Positions 1 through 7,352 of a stretch of DNA of 12,380 nucleotides are shown here, piece by piece; the stretch's first letter is position 1; every line of letters begins with the position of its first letter. The translations under genes and the position numbers were made by a program. The DNA comes from a candidate division WOR-3 bacterium (GTDB taxonomy: Bacteria > Hydrothermota > Hydrothermia > JBDRYB01). The DNA is taken from assembly GCA_039803205.1 (NCBI GenBank), contig JBDRYB010000036.1, positions 3,358 to 15,737 on the forward strand, in the 5' to 3' direction. The notes beneath the pieces were generated by a model. The model ran no database searches. It saw nothing but the letters and a program-made list of their open reading frames with translations, and was not told the origin of the DNA.

Positions 1-189
1 TTCGAGGAAGATGAGGATGAATTTGATGAGGATGAGGATGAATTTGAAGATGAGGAGGATGAATTCGAGGAAGATGAGGATGAATTTGATGAGGATGAGG
101 ATGAATTTGAAGATGAGGAGGATGAATTCGAGGAAGATGAGGATGAATTTGATGAGGATGAGGATGAATTTGAAGATGAGGAGGATGAA
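1..189 (+). repeat. Coding tandem repeat: three identical 63-bp units (1-63, 64-126, 127-189), each made of three diverged 21-bp subunits; may continue upstream
   Basis: Unit TTCGAGGAAGATGAGGATGAATTTGATGAGGATGAGGATGAATTTGAAGATGAGGAGGATGAA read directly three times, followed by a partial subunit at 190-204. Confidence 0.95.
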
Positions 190-207
190 TTTGATGAGGA
201 ATTTTGA
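1..207 (+). CDS. 3' end of an upstream gene (5'-truncated by the window) with an extremely acidic, repetitive C-terminal tail: (FEEDEDE-FDEDEDE-FEDEEDE)x3-FDEEF-stop
   Basis: Frame +1 is open from base 1 to TGA at 205-207 and gives 68 residues made only of D, E and F, with F every 7th residue through the repeats. The identity of the protein cannot be seen. Confidence 0.7.
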   Translation, partial: FEEDEDEFDEDEDEFEDEEDEFEEDEDEFDEDEDEFEDEEDEFEEDEDEFDEDEDEFEDEEDEFDEEF

Positions 208-244
208 AAAGCATAACATCGTTCTGCTGATCATATCCGAAACT

Positions 245-251
245 AAGGAGG
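245..251 (+). promoter_or_regulatory. Shine-Dalgarno site of the dynamin-like gene
   Basis: AAGGAGG, 6 nt before ATG 258. Confidence 0.85.
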
Positions 252-257
252 CTCAAG

Positions 258-2396
258 ATGCTTGAAGCTTACAGAGAAAAAGCGGCACAAATAACCGAGT
301 TCATTGATAGCCTGAGGGAGGGACTCCTTCCGGTCTTAGAAGAGGTAAAAGAGGCAACCGGCGTTTCCATAGAACTCGCCGACACCATCAATGAGCTCAA
401 GAAACGAGTGGAAGAAAACAAAAAGGTTGTCCTCGGGGTCATCGGCCAGATAAAATCAGGAAAGAGCACCTTGCTGAACGCCATTATTTTTGATGGAGAG
501 GATGTGCTCCCTGTGGCCGTGTCCCCCCAGACCGCGCGACTAACGATCATAAAGCACACAGAGGGAAAACCGGGGGCTACAGTGGTCTTCTACACGAAGG
601 AGGATTGGAAGCAGATCAAAAATGAGGCGAAGAAGGAAAGGGCACCCATATCAGAGATAATCTCAGAGGAGCGAGGGGAGGAAACTCCTACCGAAGTATC
701 CGAAGAAATGTTCAAACGGGCTGAGGAGGAGTTTGAGAAGGAGCGGCGCCGCCGTGGCTCCAAGGATACTTACTCCGCCATGGTTGAGGAGGCGAAAAAG
801 CATCTGGGGAACGAGATTGAATCTCTCCTGGGAACGAAAAGAGAGGTGGACTGGAATGAACTGGATAAATATGTGAGCGCGAAGGGCAGGTTCTCAAGCC
901 TGGTCAAATACGCTGAACTGCTTTATCCCCACCCAATGCTGGTTGATCTGGAGATCGTTGATACACCAGGCTTGAACGACCCTGTGCGTTCCAGGGAAAA
1001 CCAAACCCAGAAGTTCCTCAAGGATGCCGACGCAGTCATTTTCTTGTCAAGCCCAAAGAGGTTCCTGGACAGGTCTGACCTTGAGCTCGCGCTCAGGTCT
1101 CTTAAAAAAGCCTGTGTTTCCGAGCTGATCTTGGTTCCAGCAAGGCTGGACGAGTTGGATGAAAGGGAATACAGGGAATTCATGGAGGGGATTGTCCCCC
1201 GGGTTTCCCAAAGAGCCAGGCACGCCGCGGAGGAGTGGGGTTGGGGAACCCTCGCGGTGAATCTCGCGGAGAAGTGGTTCGCCCCAGAAAACACGGTTCC
1301 TGTTTCGGCAATGGCCTTTATGCTGGCAAAAAAGAAGCTTGGTGGGCGTGACGAGGATTTCTACTCGGACCTTATGAGGAAAAACGGTTGGCCAGTGGAT
1401 AATCCTGAGATGCTTATGGAGCGTTCGGGTGTGGAAAAGCTGAAGAAGAAGATAGAAGAAAAGATCATAGCCAGGAAGCACGAGATACTCTTCGCAAAGC
1501 CTCTAAGCATGCTTACTGTGAGCGTGGACGAGGCCGTGGTCCAGACCGAGCGCAAGCTGAAGGAAACAGAAGATAAACTTGAAAAGGCAAAACAAGGTGT
1601 GGAGAAACTCAGAAATGACCTGGAGAACAAGCTCAAGGAGTTTGAGGAAATCAAGGATTCCATATATGATGCGTTAGAGGGGATCGAGGACACCATCCAG
1701 AGAGAATTTCTTGACCTGGAAAAGGATGTGAGGGTTCATGTGGAAGGACCGTCTGAAATACATACACCATGGTTATTCAAGGGTAGCACGGAAGCTGAGC
1801 TTACGACGGAGATCCAGTGGGCGGCGGAAGAAGCTTTTGAAGAGGCGATGAACTCTATAAGTAGGAGATGCATGGATATAAAGGAACGGATATGGGAGAC
1901 TTTGGAGGGCATTCCCCTCCAGAGCGAGCAATCCAGGAGCATAAAGAAGGAGCTTTCCGCACTGGTGGAGCGTTTGTTCGCAGGCCTTGAAAAGGAATCC
2001 TTCTACACAGATGCGGAGGTGCGCTTCAGTTACGGTTTTTGGGATAAACTTTCTGGGGGGGCCGAAAACATAGCCAGGAACGATGTGGAAAGAGCGCGGT
2101 GGAAAGCCCAGAGGGATGTCAGCGACGAGATCAAAGAGCGCATCAGGAAAGCCAGGGAGACCATGTATAAATTTATAGGTCGCTTGGAGAGAAGACTTGA
2201 GGAGATCTACGAGGAACGCAGGGTAGATATACAGAAGCTAGAGAGAGACCTTGACAAGCACGAGCGCGCCAAGGATGAAATCCAAAAACGCCTGGAAAGG
2301 GAATCGAGCGTTTGTCGCAAGCTCTGGAGCGCCCTTGATGAGGTAAAGGATAAGCTCGCTGATATGAAGAGGGTGTTGAACATTGAAGAGGTTTAA
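258..2396 (+). CDS. Bacterial dynamin-like GTPase (Dynamin_N domain plus helical/coiled-coil stalk), 712 aa, LeoBC-like by motif recall
   Basis: G1 GQIKSGKST (444-470) followed by LLNAIIFDGEDVLP; G2 region SPQTA; G3 IVDTPGLNDP (DTPG 960-971); DAVIFL strand; G4-like ARLD (1140-1151); long E/K/R-rich heptad C-terminal half; strong RBS. Confidence 0.9.
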   Translation: MLEAYREKAAQITEFIDSLREGLLPVLEEVKEATGVSIELADTINELKKRVEENKKVVLGVIGQIKSGKSTLLNAIIFDGEDVLPVAVSPQTARLTIIKHTEGKPGATVVFYTKEDWKQIKNEAKKERAPISEIISEERGEETPTEVSEEMFKRAEEEFEKERRRRGSKDTYSAMVEEAKKHLGNEIESLLGTKREVDWNELDKYVSAKGRFSSLVKYAELLYPHPMLVDLEIVDTPGLNDPVRSRENQTQKFLKDADAVIFLSSPKRFLDRSDLELALRSLKKACVSELILVPARLDELDEREYREFMEGIVPRVSQRARHAAEEWGWGTLAVNLAEKWFAPENTVPVSAMAFMLAKKKLGGRDEDFYSDLMRKNGWPVDNPEMLMERSGVEKLKKKIEEKIIARKHEILFAKPLSMLTVSVDEAVVQTERKLKETEDKLEKAKQGVEKLRNDLENKLKEFEEIKDSIYDALEGIEDTIQREFLDLEKDVRVHVEGPSEIHTPWLFKGSTEAELTTEIQWAAEEAFEEAMNSISRRCMDIKERIWETLEGIPLQSEQSRSIKKELSALVERLFAGLEKESFYTDAEVRFSYGFWDKLSGGAENIARNDVERARWKAQRDVSDEIKERIRKARETMYKFIGRLERRLEEIYEERRVDIQKLERDLDKHERAKDEIQKRLERESSVCRKLWSALDEVKDKLADMKRVLNIEEV

Positions 2397-2397
2397 C

Positions 2398-3063
2398 ATG
2401 TCAAACAAGGGCCTTTGGTTAGCGTTGATCCTCGTGGCACTTTTTTTGCTACTTGGGCTGCTGATTCTGCCTATTTACGCGAGGCAAAGGAGGGCCGAAC
2501 CCCCGCTCCCCGAACCGGAAATCCCCGAACCCGAAACAGACATCAGTTGGCTGAGTTCCCTCTTGGAGGGTTATGAACTTCCGGCTTCGCTCCCGGAGGA
2601 CGAGAAATCCGCTCTTGAGGAGGCCAGAGTCAGGTTCAGGCAAAAGGGAGCGTCTTTCGTCCATGCAAGCGTCAAGGAAACTATATACCAGATAGCGAAT
2701 CTCTTAGACGCGGGTCCAGAACACCTGATTCCAGCAAGGATAGAACGCCTCAGAGAGCTCCTGTCTGAGGAAAGAGAACGCTGGGAAAAGGATAAGGAGA
2801 GGCACATAGCCTTCTTGAGAAGTAAGGAACCTGCCCAAAAGGAACCTGATCTAACCATCCGATCCATGCTCAAGGATGACACCGGAGAGGAACTGGGCGG
2901 AAAAGGAATAGTTATCCAGACTGGTTGGGCCGGCATAGAGGTTGCCATAGGAGCGATTGAGGAAGTTGAGAGATTGGAACGTATCCTGAGCCAGACTGAG
3001 AAACCCTCAAATGAGGTTGCAACGGAGGTAGTGGAATATCACAAGCAACTTTTTGGTAAGTAG
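2398..3063 (+). CDS. Single-pass membrane-anchored protein of unknown function, 221 aa (ATG 2398 preferred over TTG 2383)
   Basis: ATG 1 nt after the dynamin TAA, with GAGG at 2388-2391; N-terminal hydrophobic run LWLALILVALFLLLGLLILPIYA, then RQRR, a Pro/Glu linker (EPPLPEPEIPEPE) and a charged helical region. Confidence 0.8.
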   Translation: MSNKGLWLALILVALFLLLGLLILPIYARQRRAEPPLPEPEIPEPETDISWLSSLLEGYELPASLPEDEKSALEEARVRFRQKGASFVHASVKETIYQIANLLDAGPEHLIPARIERLRELLSEERERWEKDKERHIAFLRSKEPAQKEPDLTIRSMLKDDTGEELGGKGIVIQTGWAGIEVAIGAIEEVERLERILSQTEKPSNEVATEVVEYHKQLFGK

Positions 3064-3131
3064 AAGTTTCTAGATAAGTTCCTGAAGAATTTACCCAAAT
3101 TTCTCGGAGAAGGGCTTCTAGGCGCACCTAA

Positions 3132-4055
3132 CTCAACTTTGACACTAAAACCCTGATCTTCGGATGACTTATTCCCTGAGTTCCGCGTAAAATCAAGGTG
3201 GATAAGCTCATAGCCACCCTCTCGGGGTTCACGGAGAAGGTCATGGTTCTCAAGGCATCCGAGGATATGCTCCTCAGATGGGCTAAGCCCTATGGGGATG
3301 TCTATGTCCTAGAGAGCCTCTGGAAGGGCTTAGGCCTTGAGGCAATCCTGAGCCGGATAGACTCGGAGAAGAGAAACGAGTTTCCCCTTGAGAGGGCAAT
3401 ATTCTGTATGGTCTACCAAGGTTATCTGACCCTGGCTCAAAGCTATCCCTCTCAGAGAAGCTCAGGGAGGAATACCTCATAGAGGGCTCTGAGAGCCTCG
3501 AGCTCCATCACCTATACAGAGCCCTTGATGACCTCAGAGAAAGGTTTGGGATAAAGAGGGCAGTGTTTGTCTGCGACAGGGGCATGGTGTCAGAGGCCAA
3601 CCTGAGGCTCATGGATGAGGCTGGTTATGACTACATAACAGGATTAAGGATGGCATCTCATCCTGCCAGAAAGGCCCTCTCAAGGCAGGGTAGATACCAC
3701 AGGATAGAGAGGGAAGGTAAGTCAGAGCTCTGGGTAAAGGAGGCGGTAGTTGATGGTGAACGCTACATAATATGCTACAACCCTGATGAGGCTGAGAGGG
3801 AGCGCGCTGAGAGGGAGGAGATGGAGACCAACCCAAAAGCCCTGATAAGAAACAGGGGATAGAGGAAGGGCCTCCTTGAGATAGACCAGGCTAAGGTCTC
3901 AGAGGCCGAGAGGTATGATGGCAAGTATGTCATAAAGGTAAGCGATCCTCGTTTGACAACCGAAACAGCCGCCCTCGCTTACCGTGAGCCTCAGCGACCA
4001 TGGTGCCGACTCCTTGGGGCGTGATCTGCTGAGAGAATTAGGTGTCAAAGTTGGG
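3132..4055 (+). mobile_element. Degenerate IS1634-family insertion sequence (924 bp, non-autonomous)
   Basis: Left IR CTCAACTTTGACAC (3132-3145) and right IR GTGTCAAAGTTGGG (4042-4055) match at 13/14; direct repeat CTAA at 3128-3131 and 4056-4059; transposase remnant inside. Confidence 0.85.
3198..3987 (+). pseudogene. IS1634-family DDE transposase pseudogene
   Basis: Family-like segments LWKGLGL, FPLERAIFCMV, DPGSKL, LELHHLYRALD, VFVCDRGMVSEANL, RYIICYNP, ERYDGKYVI and AALAYRE. There is a -1 frameshift at about 3419 (CAAGG), an in-frame TAG at 3860-3862 (NRG*RK), and the N-terminus, the first catalytic-Asp region and the catalytic-Glu/C-terminal region appear to be missing. Confidence 0.85.
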
Positions 4056-4140
4056 CTAAGTCCTTCCCCTCGTTAATCTGGAATCCCTTTCCCGGCGAGG
4101 ATTCGGCGCCGACGCGAGGGTAGGCTGGGGGGAAATATGT

Positions 4141-4170
4141 TTGCTTCTCAGCATCACTCAGGATTATCAT
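4141..4170 (+). promoter_or_regulatory. Putative sigma70-type promoter of cas6
   Basis: TTGCTT (4141-4146), 18-bp spacer, TATCAT (4165-4170); ATG 4177 follows after 6 nt. Confidence 0.55.
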
Positions 4171-4176
4171 CTGAAC

Positions 4177-4920
4177 ATGCAGGTGAGAATCAGCTTTTTC
4201 CCGGAAAGGGAGGAGATAACTCTCCCTATACATTACAACCATCTCCTCCAGGGATTCGTTTATCATCACCTTGAAAAAGCAATCGCGGAGAACATTCACG
4301 ATAGGGGTTTTCCTCTGGAAAAGCGAAGATTCAAGCTCTTCACATTCTCAAAGTTGTATGGCCGTTTCCAGATACAGGGCGAGGAAATAAAATTCATGGG
4401 CCAGCTTAAGTGGTCAGTTGCTTCTGTTCATACGGATTTCCTGGAGTCCCTGGTTCTGAACCTCGTTAGGGAGAGGGCTTTGTTTATAGGACAGAACCCC
4501 TGTGTGGTGGAAGGCGTTGAAGTATTATTCTCTCCAGGAGCTGAGAGGATGGTGGTCAAGGCCATTTCACCCATCACGGTCTACAGTACTCTTTATGACG
4601 CGGAGGGCCGCAAGAAGACTTATTATTATTCTCCCTTTGAGAAAGAGTTCGGGCGCCTCATCTCTGAGAACCTCCTGAAAAAATACGCCGCACTGAACGG
4701 AAAGCAGGTTCCTGAGGATTGGGATGTCGTTCTGAAACCACTCCGGGTGAGCGCGCGGGACGAGAAGGTCCTCACATTCAAAGGGACAGTCATCAAAGCT
4801 TGGAATGGGCTTTACGAGCTCTCTGGTCCACCAGAGCTTCTGAAGATTGCCCTGGACGCTGGCTTGGGTTCAAAGAACTCCCAGGGGTTCGGAATGGTGG
4901 AGGTGATCAAATGGAGTTGA
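4177..4920 (+). CDS. cas6: CRISPR-associated endoribonuclease Cas6 (start ATG 4177 or GTG 4183 rather than TTG 4141)
   Basis: N-terminal LPIHYNHLLQGFVY, HDRGF, KLFTFS, SPITVYST, and the C-terminal Gly-rich loop GLGSKNSQGFG. Confidence 0.96.
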   Translation: MQVRISFFPEREEITLPIHYNHLLQGFVYHHLEKAIAENIHDRGFPLEKRRFKLFTFSKLYGRFQIQGEEIKFMGQLKWSVASVHTDFLESLVLNLVRERALFIGQNPCVVEGVEVLFSPGAERMVVKAISPITVYSTLYDAEGRKKTYYYSPFEKEFGRLISENLLKKYAALNGKQVPEDWDVVLKPLRVSARDEKVLTFKGTVIKAWNGLYELSGPPELLKIALDAGLGSKNSQGFGMVEVIKWS

Positions 4921-4968
4921 AAGGCCTTGACGGAGGAGAGTATACTATGGGGGTGAGGAAGAAGGAGG
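4917..4968 (+). promoter_or_regulatory. Putative internal promoter and RBS for cas8 and downstream genes
   Basis: TTGAAA (4917-4922), 18-bp spacer, TATACT (4941-4946); AAGGAGG at 4962-4968, 6 nt before TTG 4975. Confidence 0.6.
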
Positions 4969-4974
4969 AAGAAG

Positions 4975-6453
4975 TTGCGAGTCAAGATAAGTCTTGAATT
5001 TACAGGTAATTTCTGGATAGACAATGGGAAGATTCAGCTAAAACGGTTGCTTGGCCTCGAGAATGGACAAGAGATAGAGTTACAAGAGACCGTAGATAGG
5101 CTTGTAAACGAATACTTGGTAAAGCCTACAGGCAATAGGAAAGAGTTTTACAACTCCCTGACCGGAAAGTTACAGTCTTATGAGAAGAAGAACTGGGTTT
5201 CTCCCGCGGATGTCTTCATCAAAGTTACACCAAAGACTAAGACTAAGGCCGGCAAAACCCAGAAATACACTTGTATGGTAGATGGCAAGAAGAAAGAGTT
5301 TGAGATATGGGAACATCCACCGCTATACCAAATAAAAATAAAGGTAACCAGAAAAGGGCCCTGTATTTTCTGCGGGGATAATAATGCTCTTGTTGCCCTA
5401 AAGCAATATATTTATCCCTTCTTAGTGGAGCCGAGTAAGTTCTCAAACTTCTATCCCTCCCTGGACACACCCTATCACTCTTGTCCGGTTTGCGCTTTGG
5501 CCGGAATGGCAGCCTATCTGGGCACTCTCTACAGAAGGCACGACAACAATCTTCATATGTTCCTTTTCCACTCAGACGATTTGGGTTTCCTTTCTCAGTT
5601 CTTGGATGCCATTAGGCCCATAATCGCCTCGGAAGAGTTGAAGAGTAAGGCGACCAATTTTCCTGCTGACTTTTCCGGTGAGGGCTTACACGAGACTATG
5701 TTGGGCTTTCTATTCTATGTGTTCTCAAAGCTTTATGAAAAAGAAACTAGCGCACAAGTAGAAGAGGTATTCTTCTCGCTTCTTGGACAGGAAAAGAGTG
5801 CGCAGGCACACCTAATCCTTGTAGGGATTTCTGGCCAGGCTAACAAAGGTTTCAACATGACTGGCTTTACCGAATTCTCTAAGCTGGAACCTCTTTACAG
5901 GCTCTACAGATCTTGGAGAACACGAGGGGTGGACCCCTCACCGATAATAAAACAATTTATGACCAAAGAGGGTAAGTCTCGGAACAGTATATGGCGCGAG
6001 CAGGTTGCCCTCGGCATAACTGAGTTTTCTGAGATAGCCCAATCTATTGAGGATTTTATTTATAACGCCAGAGCCAAAGAAGATAACCCTTATCCCATTA
6101 AAGACCTTTCTCAGTTTCTAGGTATATATCATCAGGAGGTTCTCAAGATGGATGAAGACACCATAAAGCTCTTGGCCGGATTCGGCCACTCGCTGGGCAA
6201 TAAGTGCAGGGAAGCAAACGAGATGGGACTGCTCTATTCCCTGCGCAACGCGAAAAACATAGACGACTACCTGAAGATCATCAACGATATCCAGTTCAGG
6301 CTTGAAATGACAGCACCTGAAGCCTTGATAAGAATTGAAAAGGGCGAAAGGATAGCCGGTCAGCCTTGGCAGAGGATCAAAACACTCTTGAGCATATACG
6401 CCATGAACTCCTTTCTCTGGAAGGGTTCTGATAAAAAGGAGGAGAACAAATGA
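4975..6453 (+). CDS. cas8: Type I-B large subunit Cas8 (Cst1/CXXC-CXXC-like), TTG start
   Basis: Position between cas6 and cas7; N-terminal FTGNFWIDNG; Zn-finger pair CIFC...CPVC with YPFL and FSNFYP between; strong RBS before TTG. Confidence 0.85.
   Translation: MRVKISLEFTGNFWIDNGKIQLKRLLGLENGQEIELQETVDRLVNEYLVKPTGNRKEFYNSLTGKLQSYEKKNWVSPADVFIKVTPKTKTKAGKTQKYTCMVDGKKKEFEIWEHPPLYQIKIKVTRKGPCIFCGDNNALVALKQYIYPFLVEPSKFSNFYPSLDTPYHSCPVCALAGMAAYLGTLYRRHDNNLHMFLFHSDDLGFLSQFLDAIRPIIASEELKSKATNFPADFSGEGLHETMLGFLFYVFSKLYEKETSAQVEEVFFSLLGQEKSAQAHLILVGISGQANKGFNMTGFTEFSKLEPLYRLYRSWRTRGVDPSPIIKQFMTKEGKSRNSIWREQVALGITEFSEIAQSIEDFIYNARAKEDNPYPIKDLSQFLGIYHQEVLKMDEDTIKLLAGFGHSLGNKCREANEMGLLYSLRNAKNIDDYLKIINDIQFRLEMTAPEALIRIEKGERIAGQPWQRIKTLLSIYAMNSFLWKGSDKKEENK
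6148..6453 (+). CDS. cas11: Probable Cas11 small subunit translated from an internal in-frame start in cas8 (101 aa)
   Basis: AGGAGGT at 6134-6140, 7 nt before an in-frame ATG at 6148; product MDEDTIKLLAGFGHSLG...LLYSLRNAKNIDDYLKIINDIQFRL is helical and small-subunit-like. Confidence 0.75.
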   Translation: MDEDTIKLLAGFGHSLGNKCREANEMGLLYSLRNAKNIDDYLKIINDIQFRLEMTAPEALIRIEKGERIAGQPWQRIKTLLSIYAMNSFLWKGSDKKEENK

Positions 6454-7352
6454 GCAAATCTATATCCATAGGATACCTGTTCAAGGTTTCTGCTGGGAAT
6501 GTGAACGCTTCCCATACTGAAGGCAATGTGATAGTTGCCAAGAAGGTAACTATGCCTGACGGAAATACGCTTCCCTATATATCAGGCCAGGCCATACGCC
6601 GTGCCCTCCGTGACCGGATAGAGGAGCTAGGATGGGGACTATCGGAACCTCACGCCACGATAACAAACAAACAAGAGGTAGAACCCCCAGCTAAGCCTTG
6701 GGAATTCATAGATGAAGACCTTTTCGGATACATGGCCGCTACGGGTGGTAAAAGGCGTACCTCTCCGGTTCGTGTGTCTTTTGCCGTAGGGTGTTTTCCT
6801 TTCAGGGGGGACAGGGACCTGGGAACGCGTTCATTTGAGAAGTTCGGAAAAGCTGTCTCCGAGGGTGGCAATATGTTTGAGACTGAGGTCTACAACAATA
6901 TCTTCAGGGGAGCACTACTGGTAGAATTGGATCGCGTGGGCCTTTTCACAAACCTGGAAACTGGTCAAAAAGAAGCAAAAGAGCTACCTAAAGATGAAAA
7001 AATAAGGAGGATACAGGCCCTTCTTGAATCCTTGCGGCTCCTTTGGGGTGGCGGTAGAACCGCGAGGATGGTCGTTGATCTTTCTCCAAAGTTCCTAGCC
7101 TATGCACGAATGAAAGCAAAACACCCAATCTTCCTTGAGAGTCTTCTTGTGGATGAGGAGCGAAATCTTGACCTTGATCTGTTGAAAGAATCCCTGGAAA
7201 GGATGAACAAATATATTGAGGAGCAGTTCTTTGGCTTGGAGAAAGGGTTTTTTGCTAACGAGGATGACATCAAGAAAACCTTCGGGGACAAAGTTTTTTC
7301 AATAGGTCAAGCCATAGACAAAGCCAAAGAGGATGTGGGCAAGGCACTATGA
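6450..7352 (+). CDS. cas7: Cas7 backbone subunit (Cas7i/Cst2/DevR type)
   Basis: GNVNAS..EGN, PYISGQAIRRALR, DEDLFGYM, RTSPVRVS, ELDRVG, DLSPKF; ATGA overlap with cas8; AGGAGG upstream. Confidence 0.95.
   Translation: MSKSISIGYLFKVSAGNVNASHTEGNVIVAKKVTMPDGNTLPYISGQAIRRALRDRIEELGWGLSEPHATITNKQEVEPPAKPWEFIDEDLFGYMAATGGKRRTSPVRVSFAVGCFPFRGDRDLGTRSFEKFGKAVSEGGNMFETEVYNNIFRGALLVELDRVGLFTNLETGQKEAKELPKDEKIRRIQALLESLRLLWGGGRTARMVVDLSPKFLAYARMKAKHPIFLESLLVDEERNLDLDLLKESLERMNKYIEEQFFGLEKGFFANEDDIKKTFGDKVFSIGQAIDKAKEDVGKAL

Noticed and set aside
1..204. Repeat region as a CRISPR array
   Set aside because: Head-to-tail units with no unique spacers and codon-multiple periodicity.
11..265. 84-aa ORF (MRMNL repeats) overlapping the dynamin start
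   Set aside because: Most likely the +2 shadow frame of the D/E/F repeat; the Met/Arg/Asn-rich product is implausible. Not fully excluded without upstream sequence.
269..3127. Minus-strand ORFs opposite the dynamin and membrane genes
   Set aside because: Ser/Phe/Leu-rich antisense shadows of E/K/R-rich genes with no recognisable motifs.
3198..3862. ORFs 3198-3482 and 3563-3862 as two independent genes
   Set aside because: They are fragments of one frameshifted transposase.
4927..4946. TTGACG as the -35 box for TATACT
   Set aside because: Only 8-bp spacing; TTGAAA at 4917 fits.
4719..4997. 92-aa ORF, including GGAGGAG followed by ATG 4947 as a small peptide start
   Set aside because: Mostly out-of-frame overlap with cas6; the region is better explained by the cas8 promoter and SD. 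A 16-codon peptide from 4947 cannot be excluded but has no support.
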